From: Syntrophus sp. GWC2_56_31 | Lineage (GTDB): Bacteria; Desulfobacterota; Syntrophia; Syntrophales; UBA5619 | Assembly: GCA_001829875.1 (NCBI GenBank) | Contig: MICN01000097.1 | Span: 1 to 51,617, forward strand | Length of the DNA stretch: 51,617 nt | Reading direction: 5' to 3' | Shown: piece by piece, positions 6,926 to 15,864 of the stretch | Position numbering within the stretch: position 1 is the stretch's first letter | Layout: the number at the start of each line of letters is the position of its first letter | Made by a program: the position numbers and the translations under genes | The notes under the pieces: generated by a model | What the model was told of the DNA's origin: nothing | Seen by the model: only the letters and a program-made list of their open reading frames with translations | Databases searched by the model: none

Positions 6926-8347
6926 ATGACGCTCCCGAAACAGAAAACCAAAATTGTGGCCACCATCGGACCGGCATCGGCGTCTCAAGCGGTCATGGAA
7001 AGAATGATCCGGGCCGGAATGGCTGTGGCCCGGATCAATTTCTCGCACAGCGATTTTCAAGGCCACAAACAGATGATCGACAACATCCGTGCCGCCTCCC
7101 GTGCAGTGGGAGAGAGGATCGCCATCCTCGCCGATCTGCCCGGTCCGAAGATACGGATCGGCCAGCTGTCGGTCGAGCCGATCGAGTTACTGCCGGGGTC
7201 TTTTTTCACCCTTACGACCCGTGAAATCGTCGGAGATGCCGGTCGGGTTTCGGTCAGCTTTTCAGGTCTTCCCCGGGCGGTCAAGCCCGGCGATGTGTTG
7301 TTCCTGAACGACGGCCTCATCCAACTAGAAACCATAAAAGCAGAGGGTCAGGAGATCACCTGCCGGGTCCTCGTGGGCGGGGAATTGCGCTCCCGCAAAG
7401 GCCTCAATCTTCCCGGCATCGACCTCGGGATCGGCGCCTTCACAGAGCGTGACCGCGAATGCCTGAACTTCGCCGCTTCGGAGGGGGTGGATGCGGTCAG
7501 TCAATCCTTCGTGGAGAGCGCTGCGGATATGCTCGCCGTCCGGGAGGCCGCCTCCGCAATGGGTTACAACCCCTTGCTGATAGCGAAAATCGAACGCGCC
7601 ACCGCCCTGAAGCACATGGACGAACTCCTCGCGGCGGCGGACGGCATCATGGTGGCGCGCGGCGATCTCGGGGTAGAAATCCCGATCGAGCAGATTGCCG
7701 TCGTTCAGAAGCAGCTCATCCGCAGCGCGAATCGAGCGGGGAAACCCGTCATCACCGCCACGCAGATGCTCGAGTCCATGATGGACAACCGGCGCCCGAC
7801 CCGGGCGGAGGCAACCGATGTGGCCAATGCGGTGCTCGACGGCACGGACTGCGTCATGCTCTCGGAAGAGTCGGCGATGGGGAAATATCCGGTGGAGGCT
7901 GTGGCTATGCTGGCAAAGATCGCCGCTGCGACGGAACCTCAACGCTCCCGTCAGGGGATCAAGGACGCTTTCCTAGCCGATCGACGCGATGTTCCGATCG
8001 GTCTCACGGATTTGATCGCCTTGAGCGTGGAGGCAACCCTGGAGCGGATTTCCCCGGCCGCTGTGTTTGTTCCAACCCATAGCGGCTACACAGCCCGCTC
8101 GATCGCCCGCATTAAACCCCCCATGTGGATCGTGGGGGTGAGTTCCCAGGAGACGACCTGCCAGAAACTTCTCTTCAGCGGCGGGATCTATCCGCAATAC
8201 GAAACCGATTACCCCGGAGACTGGAACGGATATGTGCGGGATTGGCTGCGGCGGCAGGGACTGGAGGGCGAGCTCGCGATCCTGACAGAGGGGCCGTCAA
8301 CGAACCACCCCGAGGCGAACCACCGAATGGAGATCATCCGTCTCTGA
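6926..8347 (+). CDS. pyk: pyruvate kinase
   Basis: 473 aa. KTKIVATIGPAS, ARINFSHS, MVARGDLGVEIP and MLESM are canonical pyruvate kinase motifs. Confidence 0.95.
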   Translation: MTLPKQKTKIVATIGPASASQAVMERMIRAGMAVARINFSHSDFQGHKQMIDNIRAASRAVGERIAILADLPGPKIRIGQLSVEPIELLPGSFFTLTTREIVGDAGRVSVSFSGLPRAVKPGDVLFLNDGLIQLETIKAEGQEITCRVLVGGELRSRKGLNLPGIDLGIGAFTERDRECLNFAASEGVDAVSQSFVESAADMLAVREAASAMGYNPLLIAKIERATALKHMDELLAAADGIMVARGDLGVEIPIEQIAVVQKQLIRSANRAGKPVITATQMLESMMDNRRPTRAEATDVANAVLDGTDCVMLSEESAMGKYPVEAVAMLAKIAAATEPQRSRQGIKDAFLADRRDVPIGLTDLIALSVEATLERISPAAVFVPTHSGYTARSIARIKPPMWIVGVSSQETTCQKLLFSGGIYPQYETDYPGDWNGYVRDWLRRQGLEGELAILTEGPSTNHPEANHRMEIIRL

Positions 8348-10001
8348 CAGCGAGCTTTTCCTTCTCCTCTTCCTGTAAAATCCGCCTCAGCACCTTGCCT
8401 ACCAGCGTCTTGGGGAGGCTCTTGCGGAACTCGATATGACGCGGCACCTTGTACCCGGTCAGTTTCTTGCGGCAAAACTCCTGCAGCTCCTCTGCGGTCG
8501 CCTCCTGCCCCTCCTTGAGAACCACCCAGGCCTTTACCGCCTCGACTTGCCGAGCATCGGGAACACCGCCGACGCAAACTTCGGCAACCGCCGGATGCAT
8601 GCTCAGGATCTCCTCCACGTCCCGCGGCCAGACCTGGAAACCGCCGCACTTGATCACATCCTTCTTGCGGGACGTGAGGAAGAGATATCCGTCTTCATCA
8701 AGGTAACCTATGTCGCCGGTATAAAGCCAGCCGTTGCGGATGGCCTCAACCGTTTCCTGCGGCCTGCCCCAGTAACCCTGCATCAATTGAGGCGCACGGA
8801 TAAGCACTTCTCCCGGCTCATGGGGCGCCATATCCTCGACGCCGGTCTCGATATCGACCACGCGTATCGCCACGTCCGGCATGGGAATGCCCACAGAACC
8901 CTGTTTCCATACACCCCTGGCAGGCGTCGCCGTCATGGCCAGCGTGCCCTCGGTCAACCCATATCCCTCGGTTATCGGACCGCTGATCCGCGCTTCAAAG
9001 CTTTGTTTGGTCTCGGTCATGAGCGGCGCCGCCCCCGAACCGGTGCGCCGCAAGGATTTGAGGTCGTCCGGCTTCAGGTCGGGATAGTTTAGCATGGCAA
9101 TGAGCATCGTGGGGGAAACCGCCATGGTCGCAACTTTGAAGTCCCTGATCGTTTCGACCACATTTTTCACGTCCCGGGGGTTGAGGATCAGCACCATGGT
9201 CAGGTGGTCCATGAGGGCAACCCCGAAAGCCGAGTAGATGCCGAAAACATGGAAAAGAGGCAGAGGCACCAGCATCCTGTCCTCCCACGGTGTTGCCAGT
9301 CCCCTGAACCAAGCCGTCACCTGCGTGCCCGTGATGACCAGCGAATGGTGGCTGCCCATCACGCCCTTTGGGATACCGGTTGTACCCCCGCTGAAGAGTA
9401 TGACGGCCGTATCGTTTGTGGCGATTTCGACATCCGGCCTCGTCGACCCTAAGTGTTTCTCAATGAGATCGCTCCACCACCTGTCGTCCGCTTCGAGTTC
9501 GACCGCCCCTCCTTCCTTTTTCATGAGCGCCTGCGAGTATGTGTCCAGGTCGGTCACCACTGTCAAACGCAGTTTGGTGCCCGGCTGGAAAGATTTGACG
9601 GTCGAGTACCACAGCGATCCGACCAAGGCGACCTCGGCTTCGACATCGTTTATCGACTGCTCGAGCTCGGACGGGGTATACAGGGGGTTGAGCGGGACAA
9701 CAATCGCTCCGGCTTTCCATACAGCAAAAAAGGCAATAAAACTCTGCGGGCAATTGAGGAACAGGAGCACAACGCGGTCGCCCTTCTTGACCCCGCAGGC
9801 TATCAGCGCCGCGGCGAGTGCATTGCTGTGATCCTCGATCTCACGGTACGACACCTCCCTGCCCTGGTAGATCAGCATCGGATGCCCCGGTCTCGCGCCG
9901 ACCGAGTCCGCCAGCACATCGAGCAGAGTGATCAGCGGATAGGGTTCCAACGTATGCGGCACACCGGGATCGTAATGATTGAACCAGCGATATTCAGCCA
10001 T
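8334..10001 (-). CDS. AMP-dependent long-chain-fatty-acid--CoA ligase family protein
   Basis: 555 aa. AMP-binding motif ILFSGGTTGIPKGV is present, along with YGLTE and GWLYTGDIGYLDEDGYL. RBS GAGGAGG precedes the start. Confidence 0.9.
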   Translation of the reverse strand: MAEYRWFNHYDPGVPHTLEPYPLITLLDVLADSVGARPGHPMLIYQGREVSYREIEDHSNALAAALIACGVKKGDRVVLLFLNCPQSFIAFFAVWKAGAIVVPLNPLYTPSELEQSINDVEAEVALVGSLWYSTVKSFQPGTKLRLTVVTDLDTYSQALMKKEGGAVELEADDRWWSDLIEKHLGSTRPDVEIATNDTAVILFSGGTTGIPKGVMGSHHSLVITGTQVTAWFRGLATPWEDRMLVPLPLFHVFGIYSAFGVALMDHLTMVLILNPRDVKNVVETIRDFKVATMAVSPTMLIAMLNYPDLKPDDLKSLRRTGSGAAPLMTETKQSFEARISGPITEGYGLTEGTLAMTATPARGVWKQGSVGIPMPDVAIRVVDIETGVEDMAPHEPGEVLIRAPQLMQGYWGRPQETVEAIRNGWLYTGDIGYLDEDGYLFLTSRKKDVIKCGGFQVWPRDVEEILSMHPAVAEVCVGGVPDARQVEAVKAWVVLKEGQEATAEELQEFCRKKLTGYKVPRHIEFRKSLPKTLVGKVLRRILQEEEKEKLAVRDG

Positions 10002-10039
10002 ACGGGATCCTCCTCACGGGCGCTCAGCCGGATCACACT

Positions 10040-10324
10040 TTACTTACCAGGCTTGTTGATCTTTTCCTTTAATTCTTTACCGGCTTTGAAATAGGGTAGT
10101 TTCTTCGGACCGACCTCAACGCGTTTCCCGGTTTTCGGATTCTTCCCCAGATAGGGAGAATAGTCGCGAACGGTAAAACTTCCGAACCCCCTGATTTCAA
10201 TCCTTTCGCCCTTCCGGAGGGTTTCTGTAAAACCCGAAAACACCATGTTTACGATTTCAAAGGCCTCCGGTTCCCGAAGACTCTCCTTTTTGGACAGTGC
10301 CAGGATCATATCGGATTTTTTCAT
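10040..10324 (-). CDS. HU/IHF-family DNA-binding protein (IHF beta-like)
   Basis: MKKSDMIL...IEIRGFGSFTVRDYSPYLGKNPKTGKRV matches the family. ATG 10324 follows AAGGAGAAG. The longer track ORF (to 10498) overlaps the pspC-like gene. Confidence 0.85.
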   Translation of the reverse strand: MKKSDMILALSKKESLREPEAFEIVNMVFSGFTETLRKGERIEIRGFGSFTVRDYSPYLGKNPKTGKRVEVGPKKLPYFKAGKELKEKINKPGK

Positions 10325-10337
10325 AGTCGTCTTCTCC

Positions 10338-10541
10338 TTACGGTTGTTCTTTCGGCATAAATACCCACAGCAGGACATAAAAGAGTAATCCCGTCCCAAA
10401 GCAAAAAAAGAGCAGGGTGAATATGACCCGCCAAGCCCAGGAGGGAATCGGCGTATGACTGCCCAATCCTCCGCAGACGCCCCCCATCCACCGATCATCC
10501 CTTGATCGGCAAAGATTCCGTAACCAATTTTCTTCAGACAT
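10338..10541 (-). CDS. PspC-domain membrane protein
   Basis: 67 aa. LCRSRDDRWMGGVCGGLG followed by one TM span ending ...W.FMP is the PspC-domain pattern. Confidence 0.7.
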   Translation of the reverse strand: MSEENWLRNLCRSRDDRWMGGVCGGLGSHTPIPSWAWRVIFTLLFFCFGTGLLFYVLLWVFMPKEQP

Positions 10542-10706
10542 ATACCCCCCCTGTGTACATGAAAATATTCGCTGCGGAAATCTATTTTAATACATTTGAC
10601 ATTTTTTTTCCGCAGGTTTCTTTTTTAGTGCTGGAAATTTGTATGAAAAGTGGTATTGTCACCCCTGTCATTGTGATTGATCACGTATCAAATATGGAGG
10701 AGACCC

Positions 10707-12020
10707 ATGATGAATACCACTCTCAGCAAAAGGGCGCTTTTACTTTTTACCTTTCTGACCGCCCTGTTCCTGCTCGGCCCTTACGGAGACAGCCGCGTCT
10801 CGGCTATCGACCGCAATACATACAAAAACCTCAAGACCTTCAGCGAGGTCCTGGACATGGTGGAGAAGAACTATGTGGAGCCGGTTGATAACAACAAGCT
10901 CATCCAGGGCGCGATCAACGGAATGATCAAATCCCTCGATCCACACAGCAGCTTCATGACCCCAGATATGTATAAGGATCTTGAAGTAGAGACACGGGGG
11001 AGCTTTGGCGGGCTAGGGATCGAGATCACCATCCGGAAAGATGTGCTCACCGTCGTCTCCCCAATCGAAGATACCCCCGCCTATATCGCCGGAATCAAGG
11101 CGGGCGATCAGATCATCAGGATCGATGGCAAAACGACAAAAGACATCACCATCACGGAAGCGGTCAAAAAGCTCCGTGGCCCGCGAGAGACAAAAGTGAC
11201 CATCACGATCATGCGTGAAGGCTTGACCAAGCCGAAAGATTACGTCATCACCCGGAGCATCATCAAAATCAAGAGCGTCAAAATAAAGATCTACGACGGT
11301 CAGATAGGCTACATCCGGATCGCCTCGTTTCAGGAACGGACGGTGGACGATGTGAAGAAAGCCCTTCGAGAAATAGAGGCAAAAGCCCAACCCCTGAAAG
11401 GGCTTGTTATCGATATGAGAAACAACCCCGGCGGTCTCCTCAATCAATCGGTAGAGGTGTCGGATCTTTTCATGAAATCGGGGGTCATCGTCTCTACACG
11501 CGGTCGATCCAAGGACATGGAGAGCAAAGCCACAGCGAAAAACGACGGGGATGAACCGACCTGCCCGATCGTCGTTATCGTCAATGAGGGAACGGCCAGC
11601 GCCGCAGAGATCGTCTCCGGCGCCCTCCAGGACAGCGGACGGGCGTTGATTCTGGGCGCCCAGACCTTCGGCAAGGGCTCCGTGCAGACGGTCATCCCGC
11701 TGGAAGGCGGCTCAGCACTGAAACTGACGACAGCGAAATACTATACCCCTAACGGACGATCCATCCAGGCGGAGGGGATTACCCCGGATATCGTGGTGAA
11801 GCTCATCCGCCCTGCTGAAGAAAAAGAGCCCCCGGAAGATCATCTGCTCCGGGAACGGGATCTGAAAGGCCATATCAAATCACCGAAAGAGGTTGACGCC
11901 AAACCGGAGGGATCGAATAAGGACAAGAGCGAGGAGACCCTCACGCAGGACAACCAGTTGAAGAACGCGATCGACATCCTCAAGAGCTGGGACATTCTCA
12001 AGAGGAACATGAAGGGATGA
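10707..12020 (+). CDS. S41 carboxy-terminal processing peptidase
   Basis: Signal peptide, then a PDZ region (GGLGIEIT...GDQIIRIDG). Peptidase core: LVIDMRNNPGGLL, GTASAAEIVSGALQD, FGKGSVQ. ATG 10707 follows GGAGGAG. Confidence 0.9.
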   Translation: MMNTTLSKRALLLFTFLTALFLLGPYGDSRVSAIDRNTYKNLKTFSEVLDMVEKNYVEPVDNNKLIQGAINGMIKSLDPHSSFMTPDMYKDLEVETRGSFGGLGIEITIRKDVLTVVSPIEDTPAYIAGIKAGDQIIRIDGKTTKDITITEAVKKLRGPRETKVTITIMREGLTKPKDYVITRSIIKIKSVKIKIYDGQIGYIRIASFQERTVDDVKKALREIEAKAQPLKGLVIDMRNNPGGLLNQSVEVSDLFMKSGVIVSTRGRSKDMESKATAKNDGDEPTCPIVVIVNEGTASAAEIVSGALQDSGRALILGAQTFGKGSVQTVIPLEGGSALKLTTAKYYTPNGRSIQAEGITPDIVVKLIRPAEEKEPPEDHLLRERDLKGHIKSPKEVDAKPEGSNKDKSEETLTQDNQLKNAIDILKSWDILKRNMKG

Positions 12021-12060
12021 GAGCCGTCGGCAGACAGTGCAGCAGGAAGGAAATCTTGAC

Positions 12061-13770
12061 ATGAGACGAACAATGCTCCGAAAGACAGGCCCTCTTCTCC
12101 TGATGATCCTGGCCCTGGGCGGATGCGCCGTCTCCCCCGCCAGACAGGACCTTCCCCAACCGTTACCGAAGCAGGCGAATCTGTCATCCGGCGCTTCCTT
12201 TCACTATATCCTGGGCGTCCTCAATTCCCTCAATGAGAATCTGCCGGAAGCGATCAAGGAGATCGAGGAGGCCAACCGCCTCGATCCCTCTTCTCCTTTT
12301 CTGGCCAAGGAAATCGCTTTTCTCTACACGGAAAGAGGGGAGATGGAAAAGGCCCTGGCGATCTGTACAAAAACCCTGGAGACGCATCCGAACGACATCG
12401 ACATCCGCCTTCTCCGTGGGGGCATCTACCTGAATCAAAAAAACTACCTAAGCGCCGTTGCTGAGTACCGGCGTGTGATCGATCTCGACCCGAAAAATCT
12501 CACCGCCCTTTTCTATCTTGGAACGAGCCAGGTGGAGCTGAAGCGATTCGGCGAGGCAGTCGCCTCTTTTCAGGAGCTCATCAGGATCGATCCGGATCAT
12601 TTCATGGCGAATTATTATCTTGCCCGGCTACTTACGGATCTGCAACGTTATAAGGAAGCGGAAGCAGGCTTCAGAAAGACCCTAACCCTCAGACCCCAGT
12701 TTGAACCGGTCCTGATCGATCTTGCCTCCCTGTATGAAAGACAGAAGCGGATTACCGAGGCGATTCAGGTCTATAAAGATTTCACAACGGCATTCCCGGC
12801 CAAGCTGCAGGCCAGGATCAAGCTGGGTGAACTGTTTCTGCGGGAGAAGCGCTACGACGAGGCGGAAGACACATTCCGGGAAATTCTGAAACTGGACCCG
12901 GCAAACCGGGAGGTACGCCTCACTCTGGGGCTCATCCACCTGGAAAGAGGCCAGCATGAAAAGGCGATCACAACATTGGCTTTGCTGGTGCAGGAATACC
13001 CGACCGATTACCGACTTGCGTATCTCCTCGGCACGGCTTATAGCGAGACCGGGGCCCCGGATAAGGCGCTTTCGTTTTTGGATAAGATCCCCGTTACGTC
13101 GGACCAGTTCACCCTTGCCCGGATCCGCATCGGGATGATTCTAAGGAAGCAGCAGCAGGCAAACGCAGCCATAGATTCCCTTCGCAAAGCGATCCAGCAG
13201 AAGAACGACTCGCCGGGACTCTATGCGTACCTCGCCTCCCTTTACGAGGAAGGCAAACGATTCCCGGAAGCGGAAGCGATACTCCGCGAGGGGCTTCGAA
13301 TCATTCCGGGCAGTGTCGATCTCCATTACAGTTTCGGCGTTTTTTTCGAAAAGACCAACCGTTTTGAGGAGAGTATCTCCGCAATGCGGACTGTGCTGAA
13401 ACTCGATCCGGATCATGCGGACGCCCTCAATTTCATCGGGTACATGTACGCGGACCGCGGCATACATCTCGACGAGGCGGAAGGGATGATCAAACGGGCT
13501 CTCCAGTTGAAACCGGGAAGCGGTTACATCACCGATTCGTTGGGATGGCTCTACTTCAGGAAGAACAGGCTTGATGAGGCCATCCGGTATCTGAAGGAAG
13601 CGTCGGAGACCCAGCCCGAAGATGCGGCGATCCTTGAGCATCTCGGTGATGCCTATGCCCGCGCGGGACAGGTCCGGGAGGCCCTTGAGGCTTACGGAAA
13701 GGCCAACAAATTCAATCCCGAAAGCGAGCTCCTCAAGAAGAAGATCGAGGATCTACGCGGGGGAAATTAG
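12061..13770 (+). CDS. TPR-repeat lipoprotein
   Basis: Lipobox LALGGC near the N-terminus and more than 10 tandem TPR-like 34-aa units (A..Y....L..DP pattern) along the whole length. Confidence 0.8.
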   Translation: MRRTMLRKTGPLLLMILALGGCAVSPARQDLPQPLPKQANLSSGASFHYILGVLNSLNENLPEAIKEIEEANRLDPSSPFLAKEIAFLYTERGEMEKALAICTKTLETHPNDIDIRLLRGGIYLNQKNYLSAVAEYRRVIDLDPKNLTALFYLGTSQVELKRFGEAVASFQELIRIDPDHFMANYYLARLLTDLQRYKEAEAGFRKTLTLRPQFEPVLIDLASLYERQKRITEAIQVYKDFTTAFPAKLQARIKLGELFLREKRYDEAEDTFREILKLDPANREVRLTLGLIHLERGQHEKAITTLALLVQEYPTDYRLAYLLGTAYSETGAPDKALSFLDKIPVTSDQFTLARIRIGMILRKQQQANAAIDSLRKAIQQKNDSPGLYAYLASLYEEGKRFPEAEAILREGLRIIPGSVDLHYSFGVFFEKTNRFEESISAMRTVLKLDPDHADALNFIGYMYADRGIHLDEAEGMIKRALQLKPGSGYITDSLGWLYFRKNRLDEAIRYLKEASETQPEDAAILEHLGDAYARAGQVREALEAYGKANKFNPESELLKKKIEDLRGGN

Positions 13771-13825
13771 GGACAGAGCCCCTATTAATTCGGAATTAAT
13801 AGGGGCTCTGTCCCTAATTTCCCCC
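13759..13825. repeat. 67-nt near-perfect palindrome (33-nt arms) overlapping the TPR gene stop codon; possible terminator or REP-like element
   Basis: GGGGGAAATTAGGGACAGAGCCCCTATTAATTC / GAATTAATAGGGGCTCTGTCCCTAATTTCCCCC. Its core is shared with the palindrome at 51423-51482. Confidence 0.8.
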
Positions 13826-13838
13826 GACGATGTGAACC

Positions 13839-14660
13839 ATGAGAATCCTACCCTCAGCGGACCGGGCTCTTTCCCGTCGAGTCCTGCTGCTGATCCTGAT
13901 CACAGCCCTCGGTAGCGCCTTCTTAGGATGCGCCGGAAGGAGGGTTGCCCCCTTTCACCCCCCCGGAGACGCCTATCTCTCGCCGGACGATGCCCTCCGG
14001 GCGCTGGCGGTGTCTGCCCCCGGCGATCAGACGCTCACGGTTACGGCAAGGATTGAAATCAACGCTCACGGTCAGCGGCGCCCACTGAAGGCTGCAATGA
14101 TGATGAGAAAACCGGCGAATCTCCGGTTGGAATCGGTTCCTCTCCTGGGCCCTCCCGATTTCTTCCTGTCGATCGACGCCGGCGAACTCCGTGTCTTTTC
14201 CCCGGAAAACAACGGCGGAATCTTTTACATAGGGCGATCCACGGCACGGAATGTCAACCGTTTTTTCCCCTTGGCCCTGCCGGCCGCCGACATGGTTTCC
14301 CTCCTGATGGGACAGCCACCGGCAATGGAGGAGGATTCTTCCTTGCGGGGGGAGTGGGAGGAGGGGCTCTACCGTGTTGATCGGTACATTGCAGGGGAAA
14401 AGACCCTCTCGCTCTGGATCGACCCGGCCGGGGATCGCCTCCTCCGGGTCCGGGCATTTACCGAAGGGGGAGATATCGCCTATACGGCGGAATTTGCAGA
14501 TCATACCTCTGTGGGAAAAAGTTTCCTGCCGCAGCGATTGACGATCACCGGGGAAGCCGTGTCACTGTCGCTCCGCTACACGGAGGTTCGCCTGGACAAT
14601 GATAGTGAGCCGTTCGCCCTCCCGATTCCGGAAGGGGTTGAACCCATTTCTCTCGATTAA
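13839..14660 (+). CDS. LolB-like / DUF4292-like outer-membrane lipoprotein
   Basis: Lipobox AFLGCA. Length and the pattern LTVTARIEI...LKAAMMMRKPANLRLE...FFLSIDAGELRVF resemble LolB/DUF4292 lipoproteins; this is a recalled family. Confidence 0.55.
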   Translation: MRILPSADRALSRRVLLLILITALGSAFLGCAGRRVAPFHPPGDAYLSPDDALRALAVSAPGDQTLTVTARIEINAHGQRRPLKAAMMMRKPANLRLESVPLLGPPDFFLSIDAGELRVFSPENNGGIFYIGRSTARNVNRFFPLALPAADMVSLLMGQPPAMEEDSSLRGEWEEGLYRVDRYIAGEKTLSLWIDPAGDRLLRVRAFTEGGDIAYTAEFADHTSVGKSFLPQRLTITGEAVSLSLRYTEVRLDNDSEPFALPIPEGVEPISLD

Positions 14661-14666
14661 TAATTT

Positions 14667-15593
14667 TTATTTGATTTCGAGAAGTTTCGTTCGCGCGATC
14701 CGCGATTGACTGGTATTGGGAAAATCCCTGATCACCTGCTGGAGGAGAAGCTTGGCGCTCGCCTTATCCCCTAACTTTTCGAAGGAAAGGCCCTGTTTAA
14801 GGAGGGCAAAGGGAACTTTGTTGCCCTCGGGGTAATTCTTGACAACCTTGTCGTATTCAACGATGGCCTTCTCGTACTTCTTCTCGAAGTAGAAACACTC
14901 GGCAATCCAGAACTGAGCATTGTCGGAAAATTCCGTATCGGGGTGCAGCTTGAGGAAATTTTCGAACCCTTCCCGCGACCTCTCGTACTTTGCCTCCCGG
15001 AAGAGCTCGTAGGCCGCTGCGTAAAGGGATTCCTTATCCGTTCTCACCTTGCCGCCCGCTTCCTTCGGCGGCGCCGGCGGTTTTACATTTTTTTCTACCG
15101 CGCCGTCCGCCGCGGTTTCATCCTTTTTCCCGATCCCGAGGAAATTCTCGAGGAAGTTGATCTTAAATGTCAGACTGTCCAGCTTTTCTCGAAGACCCTT
15201 CTCCTCTTCTTCGCGCTTGCTCGTCCTGGTAGAAGAGGAGGAAATATCTCGCTTCAGGCCATCGATGGCCCCTCGGATCTGCTGTATCTGATCCCTGAGC
15301 TCCGTCGTCGCGGCCCGGCTTTCCGCCTGGCTGCCGCGAAGCGATTTGATCGCCCCATCGGTCTTTTCGTTGGCTTTTTCGACTTCCTTGAGGATACCGG
15401 CCGTTCCATCCTTGACGCCGACCATTCCCTGCTCGACACCCGTGATCCTATCATTGGCAAGCCGAATCTGCTGGTTCAGATCGCCGCGAACCCGCCGGAG
15501 ATCGTCTGTCGTTGCGCATCCCGCCACGAACAGAAGCGCGATCAAAACCAAGATGGGAAATTTCCTGTGCACGATGTTCCCCTCTGCGGTCAT
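14667..15593 (-). CDS. cpoB: Tol-Pal system protein CpoB (YbgF)
   Basis: Signal/lipobox VAGCA, a coiled-coil N-terminal half and C-terminal TPR-like YbgF repeats (YAAAYELFREAKYERS..., NAQFWIAECFY, ALLKQGLSFEKLGD). Last gene of the tol-pal operon. Confidence 0.85.
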   Translation of the reverse strand: MTAEGNIVHRKFPILVLIALLFVAGCATTDDLRRVRGDLNQQIRLANDRITGVEQGMVGVKDGTAGILKEVEKANEKTDGAIKSLRGSQAESRAATTELRDQIQQIRGAIDGLKRDISSSSTRTSKREEEEKGLREKLDSLTFKINFLENFLGIGKKDETAADGAVEKNVKPPAPPKEAGGKVRTDKESLYAAAYELFREAKYERSREGFENFLKLHPDTEFSDNAQFWIAECFYFEKKYEKAIVEYDKVVKNYPEGNKVPFALLKQGLSFEKLGDKASAKLLLQQVIRDFPNTSQSRIARTKLLEIK

Positions 15594-15679
15594 GGACCGC
15601 CCCGGAAGTATTTCAATATCAAAGCAGCCAGCCCCTATGGCGGGTTCTGCGGGCTGCGCTTCAGGTCACTGCACGACAT

Positions 15680-15715
15680 CCCTGTGAGCCCTGATCTCCG
15701 TCAGGGCTCACAGGG
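15680..15715 (-). other. perfect 15-bp stem-loop in the pal-cpoB spacer
   Basis: CCCTGTGAGCCCTGA-TCTCCG-TCAGGGCTCACAGGG. It is nested inside a further 7-bp pairing of 15639-15645 with 15721-15727. Confidence 0.7.
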
Positions 15716-15864
15716 CCCTTACCCGCCTCGGACCGGCCAAGCACCGAATGATCCATACTTCAGTCGGCAGAATCTCTCCTGCCGCATAGGCCGCCGTGAG
15801 CCAACGGTGGGCTCCTGGTGAGCGTCGCTTTCCCCCAGGCACAAGGCCCCAAGGCAGGAGAATA

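Noticed and set aside
10325-10498. 58-codon N-terminal extension of the HU/IHF ORF.
   Set aside because: It overlaps the PspC-domain gene. A strong RBS (AAGGAGAAG) precedes ATG 10324, giving a normal ~94-aa HU/IHF protein.
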